Shown here in pieces: positions 46,701 to 58,842 of a DNA stretch of 64,000 bases (positions within the stretch are counted from its first letter, which is position 1; the number at the start of each line of letters is the position of its first letter). Below the pieces are notes generated by a model. The model was given only the letters and a program-made list of their open reading frames with translations, made no database searches and had not been told where the DNA came from. The DNA is from Macrostomum lignano (lineage: Eukaryota), in contig NIVC01001494.1 in NCBI GenBank assembly GCA_002269645.1, positions 142,122-206,121 on the forward strand, read 5' to 3'. The translations under genes were made by a program, and so were the position numbers.

Positions 46701-49700
46701 ATTTGCAAGGCCAAATACTAAAGTTAACAAGGCTTGCTTGAAGGAATAACACTTTGTTAGTTGCTCAGGCAACTATGAAACCCTTCCTCTGAGGGACCTG
46801 GGCTTTGGGATTTTGGGATCTGAGATCTGGGATCTGGGATCTGGGATCCGGACAACACGCGCAACTCACCTTTTCATTCTGGTAGGCGGTGACGGCGATG
46901 AACTCGGTCTCCTTGAACTGGTGCGTCTCCACCTGGCACCAGGGCAGCTTGGCCAGGTCGTCAGCTCGCACCAGGTGGAACCGGGTCCGGTACTTGTGCA
47001 TGCTGTTGAGCACCGTCTGAAAGCGGGTGGGGACGCTTGAAAATCTCGCTAATCTCGACGGATGATCTTTGAATCAGTCTTCTGTTCGATTCCCTGAGCT
47101 CTAGTATAATCCCCTGATTCCTGATTCGATCCCTGATCCCTGATTTGATCCCCTGAGCTCTAGTATAATCCCCTGATTCCTGATTCGATCCCTGATCCCT
47201 GATTTGATCCCCTGATTCCTGATTTGATCCCCTGATCCCTGATTTGATCCCCTGAGCTCTGGTATAATCCCCTGATTCCTGATTTGATCCCCTGATCCCT
47301 GATTTGATCCCCTGATCCCAGATTTGATCCCTCGATCCCTGATTTGATCCCCTGAGCTCTGGTATAATCCCCTGATTCCTGATTTGATCCCCTAATCCCT
47401 GATTTGATCCCCTGATCCCTGATTTGATCCCCCGATCCCTGAGTTGATCCCCTGATCCCCTGAGTTGATATCCCGATCCCTGAGTTGATCCCCTGATCCC
47501 CTGAGTTGATACCCCGATCCCTGAGTGATCCCTCGCCACTCACGTAGCCGTGCTTGTCCGCAATGTTGTTGGTCAGCTTCAGCTTGTGGAAGGAGATGAC
47601 TTTGCTCATCCACTGTTCGCCCGCGGCCGGACTGTCCGGGTGGATGTACATTCGCTTGGCCGGCTCCGGATCTGCCTTGCCGGCCACTGTCCACTTGCCC
47701 GAGTGGAATTTGTAGCGGTTCTCGTCGCAGGGGACCACGTCCATGAGCAGGATGTACTTGGACTTGGGGTCCAGGCCGCTCACCCGCAGCTTGAAGGCGG
47801 GGAACATTCTCCTGGCGGGGTGGTGGCGATTCTTGTCTCGAATATGTGCAACTGGGGTTTGGCGAACTGACCAGTGCAGGCCTGCTGATCGTCACTTTTA
47901 ACTGCCTACCCGCATGGCATCAAAAAGGTGAGATTCAGAAAGGTGAGGTTCACATAGGTGAGATTCATAGAGGTGAGATTCAGAAAGGTGAGGTTCACAT
48001 AGGTGAGATTCATAGAGGTGAGATTCAGAAAGGTGAGGTTCACATAGGTGAGATTCATGGAGGTGAGATTCATAGAGGTGAGATTCACATAGGTGAGATT
48101 CATAGAGGTGAGATTCAGAAAGATGAAGTTCACATAGGTGAGATTATAGAGGTGAGATTCAGAAAGGTGAGGTTCACATAGGTGAGATTCATAGAGGTGA
48201 GATTCAGAAAGGTGAGGTTCACATAGGTGAGATTCATAGAGGTGAGATTCAGAAAGGTGAGATTCATAGAGGTGAGATTCCTAGATTTGAGATTCATAAA
48301 TGTGAGATTTTCAGAGAGTTGAGATTCATAGAGGTGAGATTCCTAGATGTGAGATTCATAAATGTGAGATTTTCAGAGGTGAGCTTTTCAAAGAGGTGAG
48401 ATTCATAGAGGTGAGATTCCTGGATGTGAGATTCAGAAAGGTGAGTTTCATAGAGGTGAGATTCATAGAGGTGAGATTCCTGGATGTGAGATTCAGAAAG
48501 GTGAGTTTCATAGAGGTGAGATTCATAGAGGTGAGATTCCTGGATGTGAGATTCAGAAAGGTGAGTTTCATAGAGGTGAGATTCATAGAGGTGAGATTCC
48601 TGGATGTGAGATTCAGAAAGGTGAGTTTCATAGAGGTGAGATTCATAGAGGTGAGATTCCTGGATGTGAGATTCAGAAAGGTGAGGTTCACATAGGTGAG
48701 ATTCATAGAGGTGAGATTCATAGAGGTGAGGTTCATAGAGGTGAGAATTCATATAGGTGAGATTCATAGAGGTGAGATTCATAGAGGTGAGATTCATAGA
48801 GGTGAGGTTCATAGAGGTGAGAATTCATATAGGTGAGATTCATAGAGGTGAGATTTATAGAGGTTAGATCCAAAAAGGTGAGATCCATAGAGGTGAGATC
48901 CATAGAGGTGAGATTCAATGTGATGTCGGAGATGAGATGGGCACAGGTGAGCCTAGAGATGCAGTGACAATATGCTAGAAGCTGGCAGCAAGATATGATA
49001 GGGGATAAAAATGAGGCAATGGGCGAAGGCCAAAGGTGCACCGCAACTCAATGAGTTATCAGTGTAGAAAATCTTCAATAGGCAACCCTGCGAGCTGCAT
49101 TGGGTTGCACAATGGGCCTCTACTCGGTGGGGGGGGGGAGATTTGCGAGCATAGATAAGACTAGATCTGGGTGGGGCCTGAATGGCCACGGCTCCCCATT
49201 TATCTCGCATGGCAAACACTCCAAATCCGGCTGTTGGTTTAAAAACCCAAATCGAAATGAGGATGAAGTTGCGCTGCCCCGACGGAGGCTGCGGCCGAGG
49301 CGGCTGCGGCGGCGGCGGCGGCTCCCATTTTCTCCCCTCTTTGTCCGCGCCCGTGTTTGCCTTCTGCCTGCCGTCCGCGGGGATCGAACTCCCACTTGTG
49401 CCCGCGTCCCCGTCCTCCCAGTCCCGCATTGTTGCGGCCCGGTGAGCTCCTCGATTGCTCCGGGTGGGATTTTTTGAGCGAAAAAAGTCGGACGTAAGGG
49501 GAAAATGACAGGCGGGCCGGTGGGGGGGCTGCAGTTGCCGGGCGCTGAGTCAATCTTCGGGATTTATTTCCCCATAGATCTTGAGACTTAGGCGGCAGAA
49601 CAATCCGGGTATCCAGGTGAGTGGCCTGAGAAGTCTGTGAGACAATTCTGAGCAATCCTGCCGCTGAAGAGGACTCCAGCGGCTTTGGAAACTGTAAAAC

Positions 49701-52700
49701 ATCGAGCTAGAAGCCGCTTCTGACTCTTAATGGTTTTTTTCTGATTTTCAGAAAATCTTCTTTGTTTTGCGCTCGATGGAGGGGATTCGAGCCGACGGAA
49801 GCGCCCCACACGAACTGGATGGGAGCCCATTGAATGTTCCTAGCAACCATTGATTCTCCTAGCAACCATTGATTGAGACTTGAAGAGAAACTTTGGCTTA
49901 GTCTCAACTCAGGTTGAGCCTTGCTGATCATCTTGCAGTTTAAGCCTCTCAGATCTAGAGGGTCTAAAGTTTATTTTCTCAGATCTAGAGGGTCTAAAGT
50001 TTATTTTCTCAGATCTAGAGGGTCTAAAGTTTATTTTCTCAGATCTAGAGGGTCTATAGTTTAGTCTCTCAGATCTAGAGGGTCTATAGTTTAGTCTCTC
50101 AGATCTAGAGGGTCTAAAGTTTATTTTCTCAGATCTAGAGGGTCTATAGTTTAGTCTCTCAGATCTAGAGGGTCTATAGTTTAGTCTCAGATCTAGAGGG
50201 TCTATAGTTTAGTCTCTCAGATCTAGAGGGTCTATAGTTTAGTCTCAGATCTAGAGGGTCTATAGTTTAGTCTCTCAGATCTATAGAGAGAGATAGTTTA
50301 TTTTCTCAGATCTAGAGGGTCTATAGTTTAGTCTCTCAGATCTAGAGGGTCTATAGTTTAGGCTCTCAGATCTAGAGGGTCTATAGTTTAGTCTCTCAGA
50401 TCTAGAGGGTCTATAGTTTAGTCTCTCAGATCTATAGAGGGTCTATAGTTTAGCCTCTCAGATCTAGAGGGTCTATAGTTTAGTCTCTCAGATCTAGAGG
50501 GTCTATAGTTTAGTCTCTCAGATCTATAGAGGGTCTATAGTTTATTCTCTCAGATCTATATAGGGTCTATAGTTTATTTCTCAGATCTAGAGGGTCTATA
50601 GTTTAGTCTCTCAGATCTAGAGAGATCTAGAGAGATATAGTTTAGTCTCTCAGATCTAGAGGGATCTAGAGAGATATAGTTTAGTCTCTCAGATCTAGAG
50701 AGATCTAGAGAGAGATAGTTTAGTCTCTCAGATCTAGAGGGTCTATAGTTTAGTCTCTCAGATCTAGAGGGTCTATAGTTTAGTCTCTCAGATCTAGAGG
50801 GTCTATAGTTTAGTCTCTCAGATCTAGAGGGTCTATAGTTTAGTCTCTCAGATCTAGAGGGTCTATAGTTTATTTTCTCAGATCTAGAGGGTCTATAGTT
50901 TAGTCTCTCAGATCTAGAGGGTCTATAGTTTAGTCTCTCAGATCTAGAGGGTCTATAGTTTAGTCTCTCAGATCTAGAGGGTCTATAGTTTAGTCTCTCA
51001 GATCTAGAGGGTCTATAGTTTAGTCTCTCAGATCTAGAGGGTCTATAGTTTAGTCTCTCAGATCTAGAGGGTCTATAGTTTAGCCTCTCAGATCTAGAGG
51101 GTCTATAGTTTAGTCTCTCAGATCTAGAGGGTCTATAGTTTAGTCTCTCAGATCTATAGAGGGTCTATAGTTTAGCCTCTCAGATCTAGAGAGATCTAGA
51201 GAGAGATAGTTTAGTCTCTCAGATCTAGAGGGTCTATAGTTTAGTCTCTCAGATCTAGAGGGTCTATAGTTTAGTCTCTCAGATCTAGAGGGTCTATAGT
51301 TTAGTCTCTCAGATCTAGAGGGTCTATAGTTTAGTCTCTCAGATCTATAGAGGGTCTATAGTTTAGCCTCTCAGATCTAGAGGGTCTATAGTTTAGTCTC
51401 TCAGATCTAGAGGGTCTATAGTTTAGTCTCTCAGATCTATAGAGGGTCTATAGTTTATTCTCTCAGATCTATAGAGGGTCTATAGTTTATTTTCTCAGAT
51501 CTAGAGGGTCTATAGTTTAGTCTCTCAGATCTAGAGAGATCTAGAGAGATATAGTTTAGTCTCTCAGATCTAGAGGGATCTAGAGAGATATAGTTTAGTC
51601 TCTCAGATCTAGAGAGATCTAGAGAGAGATAGTTTAGTCTCTCAGATCTAGAGGGTCTATAGTTTAGTCTCTCAGATCTAGAGGGTCTATAGTTTAGTCT
51701 CTCAGATCTAGAGGGTCTATAGTTTAGTCTCTCAGATCTAGAGGGTCTATAGTTTAGTCTCTCAGATCTAGAGGGTCTATAGTTTAGTCTCTCAGATCTA
51801 GAGGGTCTATAGTTTAGTCTCTCAGATCTAGAGGGTCTATAGTTTAGTCTCTCAGATCTAGAGGGTCTATAGTTTAGTCTCTCAGATCTAGAGGGTCTAT
51901 AGTTTAGTCTCTCAGATCTAGAGGGTCTATAGTTTAGTCTCTCAGATCTAGAGGGTCTATAGTTTAGTCTCTCAGATCTAGAGGGTCTAAAGTTTATTTT
52001 CTCAGATCTAGAGGGTCTATAGTTTAGTCTCTCAGATCTAGAGGGTCTATAGTTTAGTCTCTCAGATCTAGAGGGTCTATAGTTTAGTCTCTCAGATCTA
52101 GAGGGTCTATAGTTTAGTCTCTCAGATCTAGAGGGTCTATAGTTTAGTCTCTCAGATCTAGAGGGTCTATAGTTTAGTCTCTCAGATCTAGAGGGTCTAT
52201 AGTTTAGTCTCTCAGATCTAGAGGGTCTATAGTTTAGTCTCTCAGATCTAGAGGGTCTATAGTTTAGTCTCTCAGATCTAGAGGGTCTATAGTTTAGTCT
52301 CTCAGATCTAGAGGGTCTATAGTTTAGTCTCTCAGATCTAGAGGGTCTATAGTTTAGTCTCTCAGATCTAGAGGGTCTATAGTTTAGTCTCTCAGATCTA
52401 GAGGGTCGATAGTTTAGCCTCTCAGATCTAGAGGGTCGATAGTTTAGTCTCTCAGATCTAGAGGGTCTAAAGTTTAGTCTCTCAGATCTAGAGGGTCGAT
52501 AGTTTAGTCTCTCAGATCTAGAGGGTCTATAGTTTAGTCTCTCAGATCTAGAGGGTCTTATGCTATATACGCTCGTATCAGACTCATGGCTCAATTTATG
52601 CTGACTCGGACTCAATAAATTCCCCCTATAGGGCCAGCCTCAATAGCCACTTCACACAAACCTGACAATATCCACGACATCCCCACAGGCCTCACCTGCC

Positions 52701-53042
52701 AGACTTGGTGATGACCATCTCGGTGCCCAGCTCGTAGAACTGTCTCCACAGCGGTAGCTCCGCCAGCTCCACCTCCGGGTTGTCCTTTTTCCTCGTGGCC
52801 TTCTCCTCGTCCCGGATCTGCTGCAGGTACTGCGGAGTGACGCTGGGCGGCAGCGGAAACTGGCCGCCCATGTGCTGGTAGGCCTGCAGCAGCGGGTCCG
52901 CCGGCAGCCCCCTACCCAGCCAGCCGCCGCCGCCGCCGCCGCCGCTGCCGCCGGGGAAGCCGAAGGGCGCGGGCAGCGGGAAGCGGGAGCTCCAGAGCGG
53001 CCGGACGCTGCTGGCCGAAGGGAAATGGGGGGCGTCGAACAT
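40736..53042 (-). CDS. Tbx2/3: T-box transcription factor Tbx2/3 (omb-like); firm exons 53042-52696, 47811-47544, 47016-46870, 46139-46060; probable 45869-45605, 45479-45332, 41364-40736; tentative 44904-44561 plus one unresolved exon
   Basis: [11 protein letters not shown]|[42 protein letters not shown]|[22 protein letters not shown]|[24 protein letters not shown] closely follows the TBX2/TBX3 T-box. The last exon is His/Gln/Ala/Pro-rich. Confidence 0.92.
41915..42555. repeat. 16-18-bp array (TTCACAAACCCGGACA / TTCACATTTACCCGGACA) with a 216-bp higher-order duplication
   Basis: unique spacer CCCAGGCATAAAAAGCCTAGACATT occurs at about 42086 and 42302. Confidence 0.85.
47090..47530. repeat. 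about 20-bp array CCTGATCCCTGATTTGATCC in a Tbx intron
   Basis: direct periodicity. Confidence 0.85.
47925..48915. repeat. 15-bp minisatellite GAGGTGAGATTCATA in Tbx intron 1
   Basis: direct periodicity with 60-bp higher-order units. Confidence 0.92.
49945..52555. repeat. 30-bp satellite AGATCTAGAGGGTCTATAGTTTAGTCTCTC, about 85 copies, Tbx intron 1
   Basis: direct periodicity. Confidence 0.95.
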
Positions 53043-56000
53043 TTGGCTTTGCTGAGCGGGGCCGAACCTGACAATTGTTTGGATGCTTGACTCGGCCCGA
53101 ATTATCTGGGAGGCGCCTCATATTTGTGTCTCCGGGCCCGGCCTGCCGCTCCAATCTGGCCGCTCAGCTGGGCCCGCCACCCCGAGCTGCAGCCGGATTG
53201 GCTGGGCTGGGCCGGGCGCCCTCATTGGTCCGCCTACCGCTGCTGCTGCTGCTCTGCTCAGAGCGAGCCCTACTCAAGTCAGGACCCACCACCCCCTCCA
53301 GCTCACCTCACCGTCTCACCCGAAAGGCGCCAATTTGGCTGCCAAGACAAGAGGGGCATTGGGGGGGGGGGTGCAGGCCACACAGAGCAGGCAGCGGTGC
53401 AGGCCACTGCTTTGAGCTGCTCACAGCTACCAGATCATAAAAGTGTCAGTGTAATGCCAACATCATAGCGCTTGTCTCCCCTCCCCTCTATCTCTCTCAC
53501 GGCTGAGACTACAATTCTTCTTCTATTCTTATCCACTTGAGTCCGACAAGAGCACTTGTCAGGCGCCTCAGTCTCAAAGACTGGCAAAGCAAAGCAGCTC
53601 AAATTTGACCCCTGCGGCCAGACAGTCGCGCGGCCGGGTCGCACAAAATAAATTTTGGCGGCAGAGCAGGCTGCACCGGCCCCCCCGGTCCCACAGTGCC
53701 GCAGGAGCGGCGGGGGGGAGGCTCGCGGCCGTTTCGTTGATGAAGGAGGGGCCGCAGACCGCACCGAATCGAACGTGTAAACCCGCGTGTTTTACAGCTT
53801 GTCAGACACTGCGGCACCGGGCCAGGGCGATGATTGAGGGGCCCCCGCCTGCCTTCTGTGGCAGCCTCGCTCTGGCGGCCCGGCGCGACCTGGCGCCGAC
53901 TCGCCCCCTCCCAGCCTCCGAGCCTCATTCATCCACAGCACTCACGATGGCATGGCAAGGTGTAATGGCCAGCTCGCTGACAATATCTATAATAACAAAA
54001 TTGCTGCAGTAAACCCGCCAGAGATCTTATCGCTGCGACTCTGAGCTGCAATTTCAACTGCAGGCATTTAAACAGAGAAATTTGCTCGGTCTATTCTCTC
54101 AATCCCCTCTGTTTGAACACGTGGCCAGCAAGAATAACCGGGGGCAGAAATCGCACACAAAGAAGACGCCTGAAAACCGGCAGGTTTAAAAAGACTTTGC
54201 TTGGAAGGGCAATCGCCACCCTGCAGCTTTTTACTGCCCCGATATTACTCAAATGGAGCAGGAGGGCTCAGTTGCTCAGATTGGCTGTCAGAGATCCGCC
54301 CAAAAAGTAAGGATTGGGGATTCCAAAGCAGTAAGCCGCGATTTTATGGTAGGCACGGCCTGGCAGACTCAAAAGCCGTGGAGACAAGATTGCACCACTG
54401 ATCCAGGCAGGCATAAACTGCTCAGGTGCATGGGAGCTCAGCAGGGTCGCATTGTTGATCCTCCGCGGGGCGATAAATGCCGCCCGACCCGACAACAGGC
54501 TAATCTGATAATGATTGCGCTAACAACTCGGCAACCCCGGCGCCGAGACCGACTCGCTTGAATTGCACCGTGCTCGCGGAGAGCCGGGGCCGCATGATCT
54601 CTGAGCTACTTGTTGAACCATGCAGGCCCTGCTCTCTCAGTGCTCGCATGTGTTAACACAAGTCAAGCCCCATGCATATCAGAATTAGCACCTGTAATTC
54701 GGGTTGCGCAATCTCTTGTCAAACACCTGATAACAACAAAAACTGGCCGCGACCCCTGCCCACCCCATTATTTAGTTTGAACGCAGGTGTCAACAGGTAA
54801 ACGCCAGTGCAGCGCTATCCGAATCAATTCACACTTGAAGCCTTACTCCAGCACGGGAGGGCTCAGTGATATGAGGCCAACTGCAGCGCTCAGCATGTCG
54901 CAGGAGATACGGAGAGAGCGGTCGGACAGGAGGGCGGGTGCCGGCGCCGGCGCTGTCTGAGCGGCGGCAGCGTCGGTCCCGGCAGTCTCACACAGAAGCC
55001 GTTGGTGCGGACTGGCAATGGGCGAGAATTAGGGGGAGGGGAGAAGGGAGGGAGTTAACACGGTGGCGGACATGAAAACTCTGCGTGTCCTCTGTCACTT
55101 CTCACAGCCGTCTCACTCATAGCATAAAGCAACCCGGCACCCCAAGCCGCCGCCGCCGTCACAGACGGCGCCAGTCGCGCCAGAAATCGCCCTGGCTTGA
55201 GTCGGGGGGGGGGAGGGTGAGTGCAGCGAGGGGAGGCAGTGCAATGCCAGTCTAGTGGCAAAGTCTCTCATTCATTCAGCTTTAGCGGGGGGGGGGTTGG
55301 GGCTTTTGAACTGGGCATACAACAGCCCGCCTGGTGACCACAGCGAGTGAGAGAGAGGTGGCGGCAGCCAGCCGTGATAAGCAGCATTGACGCAGGTGAG
55401 AAAGTGGCGCCGATTGACAAGCTTCCAACACTGCGCCCCTCCCCCCCCTGTCTGCCATGCAGCGGTGCCCGCACCGCACCGCGTCTGAGCTGGCGGGGTT
55501 GGGGGGGGCGGCTGCGCGGCGGCGGCGGCGGCAGTCGCAGAAGCAGAAACGAGAAGCGCAGCTGATGAGACACGGCGAGCCGCCTTGCGTGCGCCGCGGG
55601 GTGACAGCGCGGCCTCAGGGCAGCTCAGCGGCCGCCCGCCTCCTCCTCATTGCCGGCAGCCATGGGAGAATCGGAGTGGAAGGCGCGGCACCTGACGCTG
55701 TAAAACAGCGCGTGCTGCTGCCGGTGCCGCGCCGGCAAGTCTGCAGCCAGGCGAATGCGCGGCACTGGAGACACGCACTGCTCAGACAGGCGCTCGGTAG
55801 GGCGGCAGCTCATTGCCGGGCTGTCCTCGTTGCTCAGTTTTTTGCTGAGCTGCTTTAGGGGTTTCAAATTAAATTCCAGACAGATTAAAAACCCATCAGG
55901 ACCGTCGCAATAATTGCTTCTCCTAGAAGAGAAACTGCAGGAGAAAAATCGCGGCAGACAGCTGACAGGCCCAAGTTGACGTGACAGGCGCCGTTGCAGC

Positions 56001-56294
56001 AGCGCTGCCAATTAATTTGAAAGATTTCATTTAAAAAAGCGCTCGAAGGAGCAGCGCCAGAAAAAAGGCCCCCACCCGGTCTCCAAGGCCGCCTGTCTGT
56101 TTCCGCTGCCCTGCCGTGAAAAGCTTTTCCTGCTCCAAGACTCAGCGAGCTGCGTTGACAGCTGATGGCTGCATTTGTTTTTCTCAGCATTATAAAAGTC
56201 GCTAAACATGCTCACAATACAGTACTGACAGTAGTGTGCAGAACTGCACATATGTCATGAATGAGGTTTCGGAGGTCCACTGAGACACTTGAAC

Positions 56295-56820
56295 AGCCGT
56301 GACCTCAGCACTAAATCAGTATGAGCAGCAGTGACCTCAGCACTAAATCAGTATGAGCAGCAGTGACCTCAGTACTAAATCAGTGAGCAGCAGTGACCTC
56401 AGCACCAAGTCAGTGAGCAGCAGTGACCTCAGCACTAAATCAGTGAGCAGCAGTGACCTCAGCACTAAATCAGTGAGCAGCAGTGACCTCAGCACTAAAT
56501 CAGTGAGCAGCAGTGACCTCAGTACTAAATCAGTGAGCAGCAGTGACCTCAGCACTAAATCAGTGAGCAGCAGTGACCTCAGCACTAAGTCAGTGAGCAG
56601 CAGTGACCTCAGCACTAAATCAGTGAGCAGCAGTGACCTCAGCACTAAACCAGTGAGCAGCAGTGACCTCAGCACTAAATCAGTGAGCAGCAGTGACCTC
56701 AGCACTAAATCAGTGAGCAGCAGTGACCTCAGCACTAAATCAGTGAGCAGCAGTGACCTCAGCACTAAATCAGTGAGCAGCAGTGACCTCAGCACTAAGT
56801 CAGTGAGCAGCAGTGACCTA
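56295..56820. repeat. 30-bp minisatellite GTGACCTCAGCACTAAATCAGTGAGCAGCA
   Basis: direct periodicity. Confidence 0.92.
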
Positions 56821-57439
56821 AATAAATTTCACAAGCCCAGAGTTGTCACTCTTCCCGATTCCACCACGAGATGCTTCTAGCGATCATGCAGCAGAGAGTG
56901 ATGGTGCCACTCTGGAGGATGATCTGTGTTGGACTAAGTTGCAATGATTTATTTATTCTGAACACATCAAGTTAATAAAGCATTAGGTAAAAGCATATTT
57001 TGATTACAACGTAACAATCAGTCGGGTACTGAACCAAAGCTGATAAACCTATTGTCTCAAACAGATTTATTTACTCGTAGTAGAAATTGAAATCGGAATG
57101 TCTATAGATAAAATTATTATTAAAAAGCATAATATGGCTTAGCACACAGCCAACATGCACATATAGAGGTTAAAATGGGAAATACAGATATATACACGGA
57201 ATGGATATATCAAATTTTAGATGCATACTACTTACAGCCTCAGTAGTGTATTTGCTAGTAAGACATGTAGGATTCCAATCAACTGATTATAAGAAAAGAA
57301 TCGCGATCGAACGAACAGAAGTCGCGCAGAGCACAGCATCAGCGCTAGCGGATGCTGAGGATGTAAAGAGAAGGCAGTCAAGAAGCAGCAATTTATAAAA
57401 AAGCAGAGTTGTTCCAAGCTAAGGCTGGCTGCCCGGCAG

Positions 57440-58075
57440 TCAAATTCCCGACGCAAAGAGGCGCAGCAGGCAGCTCGCCGCGGTCAGCAGCGCCACTCGG
57501 CTGAAGGCGGGCCCGACCGATTGGCCAGAGAGCTGCGATGGAGAGCGGATTGAATAATTCATAAATCTGCTACTCAATCCCGACTGATGTTCACGCATTC
57601 ACTATTGATGTTCACGCATTCACTACTGGTGTTCACGCATTCACTACTGGTGTTCACGCATTCACTACTTGTGTTCACGCATTCACTACTGGTGTTTACA
57701 CATTCACTGCTGATGTTCACGCATTCACTGCAGTAACTACTAGCGCACTGAAATGCGTAGCCCAGCCCCTCACCGTGACATAGTAGTTGCAGAGGTCACC
57801 CCGACAGCACTCTACGCAGCTCCAGTCGGTGAACCAGTCGTAGGTGCAGGACCGCTGGGTGATGTCCCGCTGCTTGATGCAGGCGGAATAGCTGACGCAG
57901 CCCTTGCTGATGTAGTGCTTCCGCTCGGCCAGCGGTGTCCAGTAGCTGGTAGGGGTTGTGTAGTGCACGTGCGAGATGCAGGCGTCCTCATCCGGGGTGC
58001 AGGGGGTGCTCAGCCGGACGCAGGCGTCGCCATTGCCCTCAATGTTGCGGCATTCGTAGCACTTGATGGCGTCGG
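57440..58075 (-). CDS. Ly6/uPAR three-finger protein, probably GPI-anchored; exons 58075-57774 and 57532-57440; signal-peptide exon upstream
   Basis: IKCYEC..C..C..C..KGC..C..C..CVECCRGDLCNYYVT. Phase-0 splice to LSGQSVGPAFSRVALLTAASCLLRLFASGI* (hydrophobic GPI-like tail). Phase-1 acceptor ctcag at 58076. Confidence 0.85.
57585..57730. repeat. 21-bp minisatellite GTTCACGCATTCACTACTGGT in the Ly6 intron
   Basis: direct periodicity. Confidence 0.88.
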
Positions 58076-58842
58076 CTGAGGTTTAAGTGGAGCGATGGCG
58101 GCCACGTGAGTACAGGGCTTTGGCTCTAAGTAAACTTTAGAGCATTGAATATCGTTAGCAATGGTACTTGTAGTATATTGTATAGTACTGAGAACACAGA
58201 GCAAAGAAGTTCACCTTGTTAGAGACAAATGAAGTAAGTTTGGGATTATCTAGGTTGAAGGACTTTAATATAGGCAACAAGGATCAAGATTAAGATTAAG
58301 GCCATGATTAAAGTCTATGTAGTTACTATTTAGAGTTGGAGGGAAAAATAAGACAGCCTTCTATTTGAAATCCAGGCTATGATATTTGTTATGGGCCTGA
58401 GAAACTAGACAAAGGTTTTGAATAAAAAACTATAAACAACTAGCATATAGTTTTATTCTGAACTTTTTATATAAATCAAATTTAAAGCAATATTTTAAAT
58501 CTAAAATTCTAAGAAAGACAGTCAAATGATAATTAAAAAGACGAAAGCATCTTTTTTATTCTTCATAAATTATTTAAATTTTCAATGCACTTAGCATTTA
58601 AATGTTTTTTATAGTTTGTTCCATGCTCAGGAAGATATTTTTAATGGCAAAAAATTAGAGTGTACAAACAATAGTTATGCACTAATTAATACATATGGGG
58701 CATAGCAAAAGCATAACAGAAATTTTAGCACATAGTAATACATAGCAAATGCTAAAAAAAACTTTTAGCTCACAATGAATTACCTAAAACATGTCATCTA
58801 CATGTGTATGCATAAAATGTGTTTTTTGATTTAATTGATATA

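Noticed and set aside
51455-52615. 386-aa ([10 protein letters not shown])n ORF as an SR-like protein
   Set aside because: Translation of the 30-bp satellite within Tbx intron 1; no independent gene signals.
53042-53310. SL-AUG dependence of Tbx2/3 (acceptor 9 nt before the ATG, in frame)
   Set aside because: The gene has its own ATG, and a plausible cis donor exists at 53306, so a 5' UTR intron is the simpler explanation.
53100-56300. Mad/Medea composite BMP response elements upstream of Tbx2/3
   Set aside because: Several GGCGCC sites are present, but by eye none has GTCT at the required 5-nt spacing (closest: 6 nt at 54943).
56295-56820. TGACCT/TCAGCA motifs as nuclear-receptor or Maf site array
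   Set aside because: Half-sites only, with non-canonical spacing; expected by chance among about 35 arrays.
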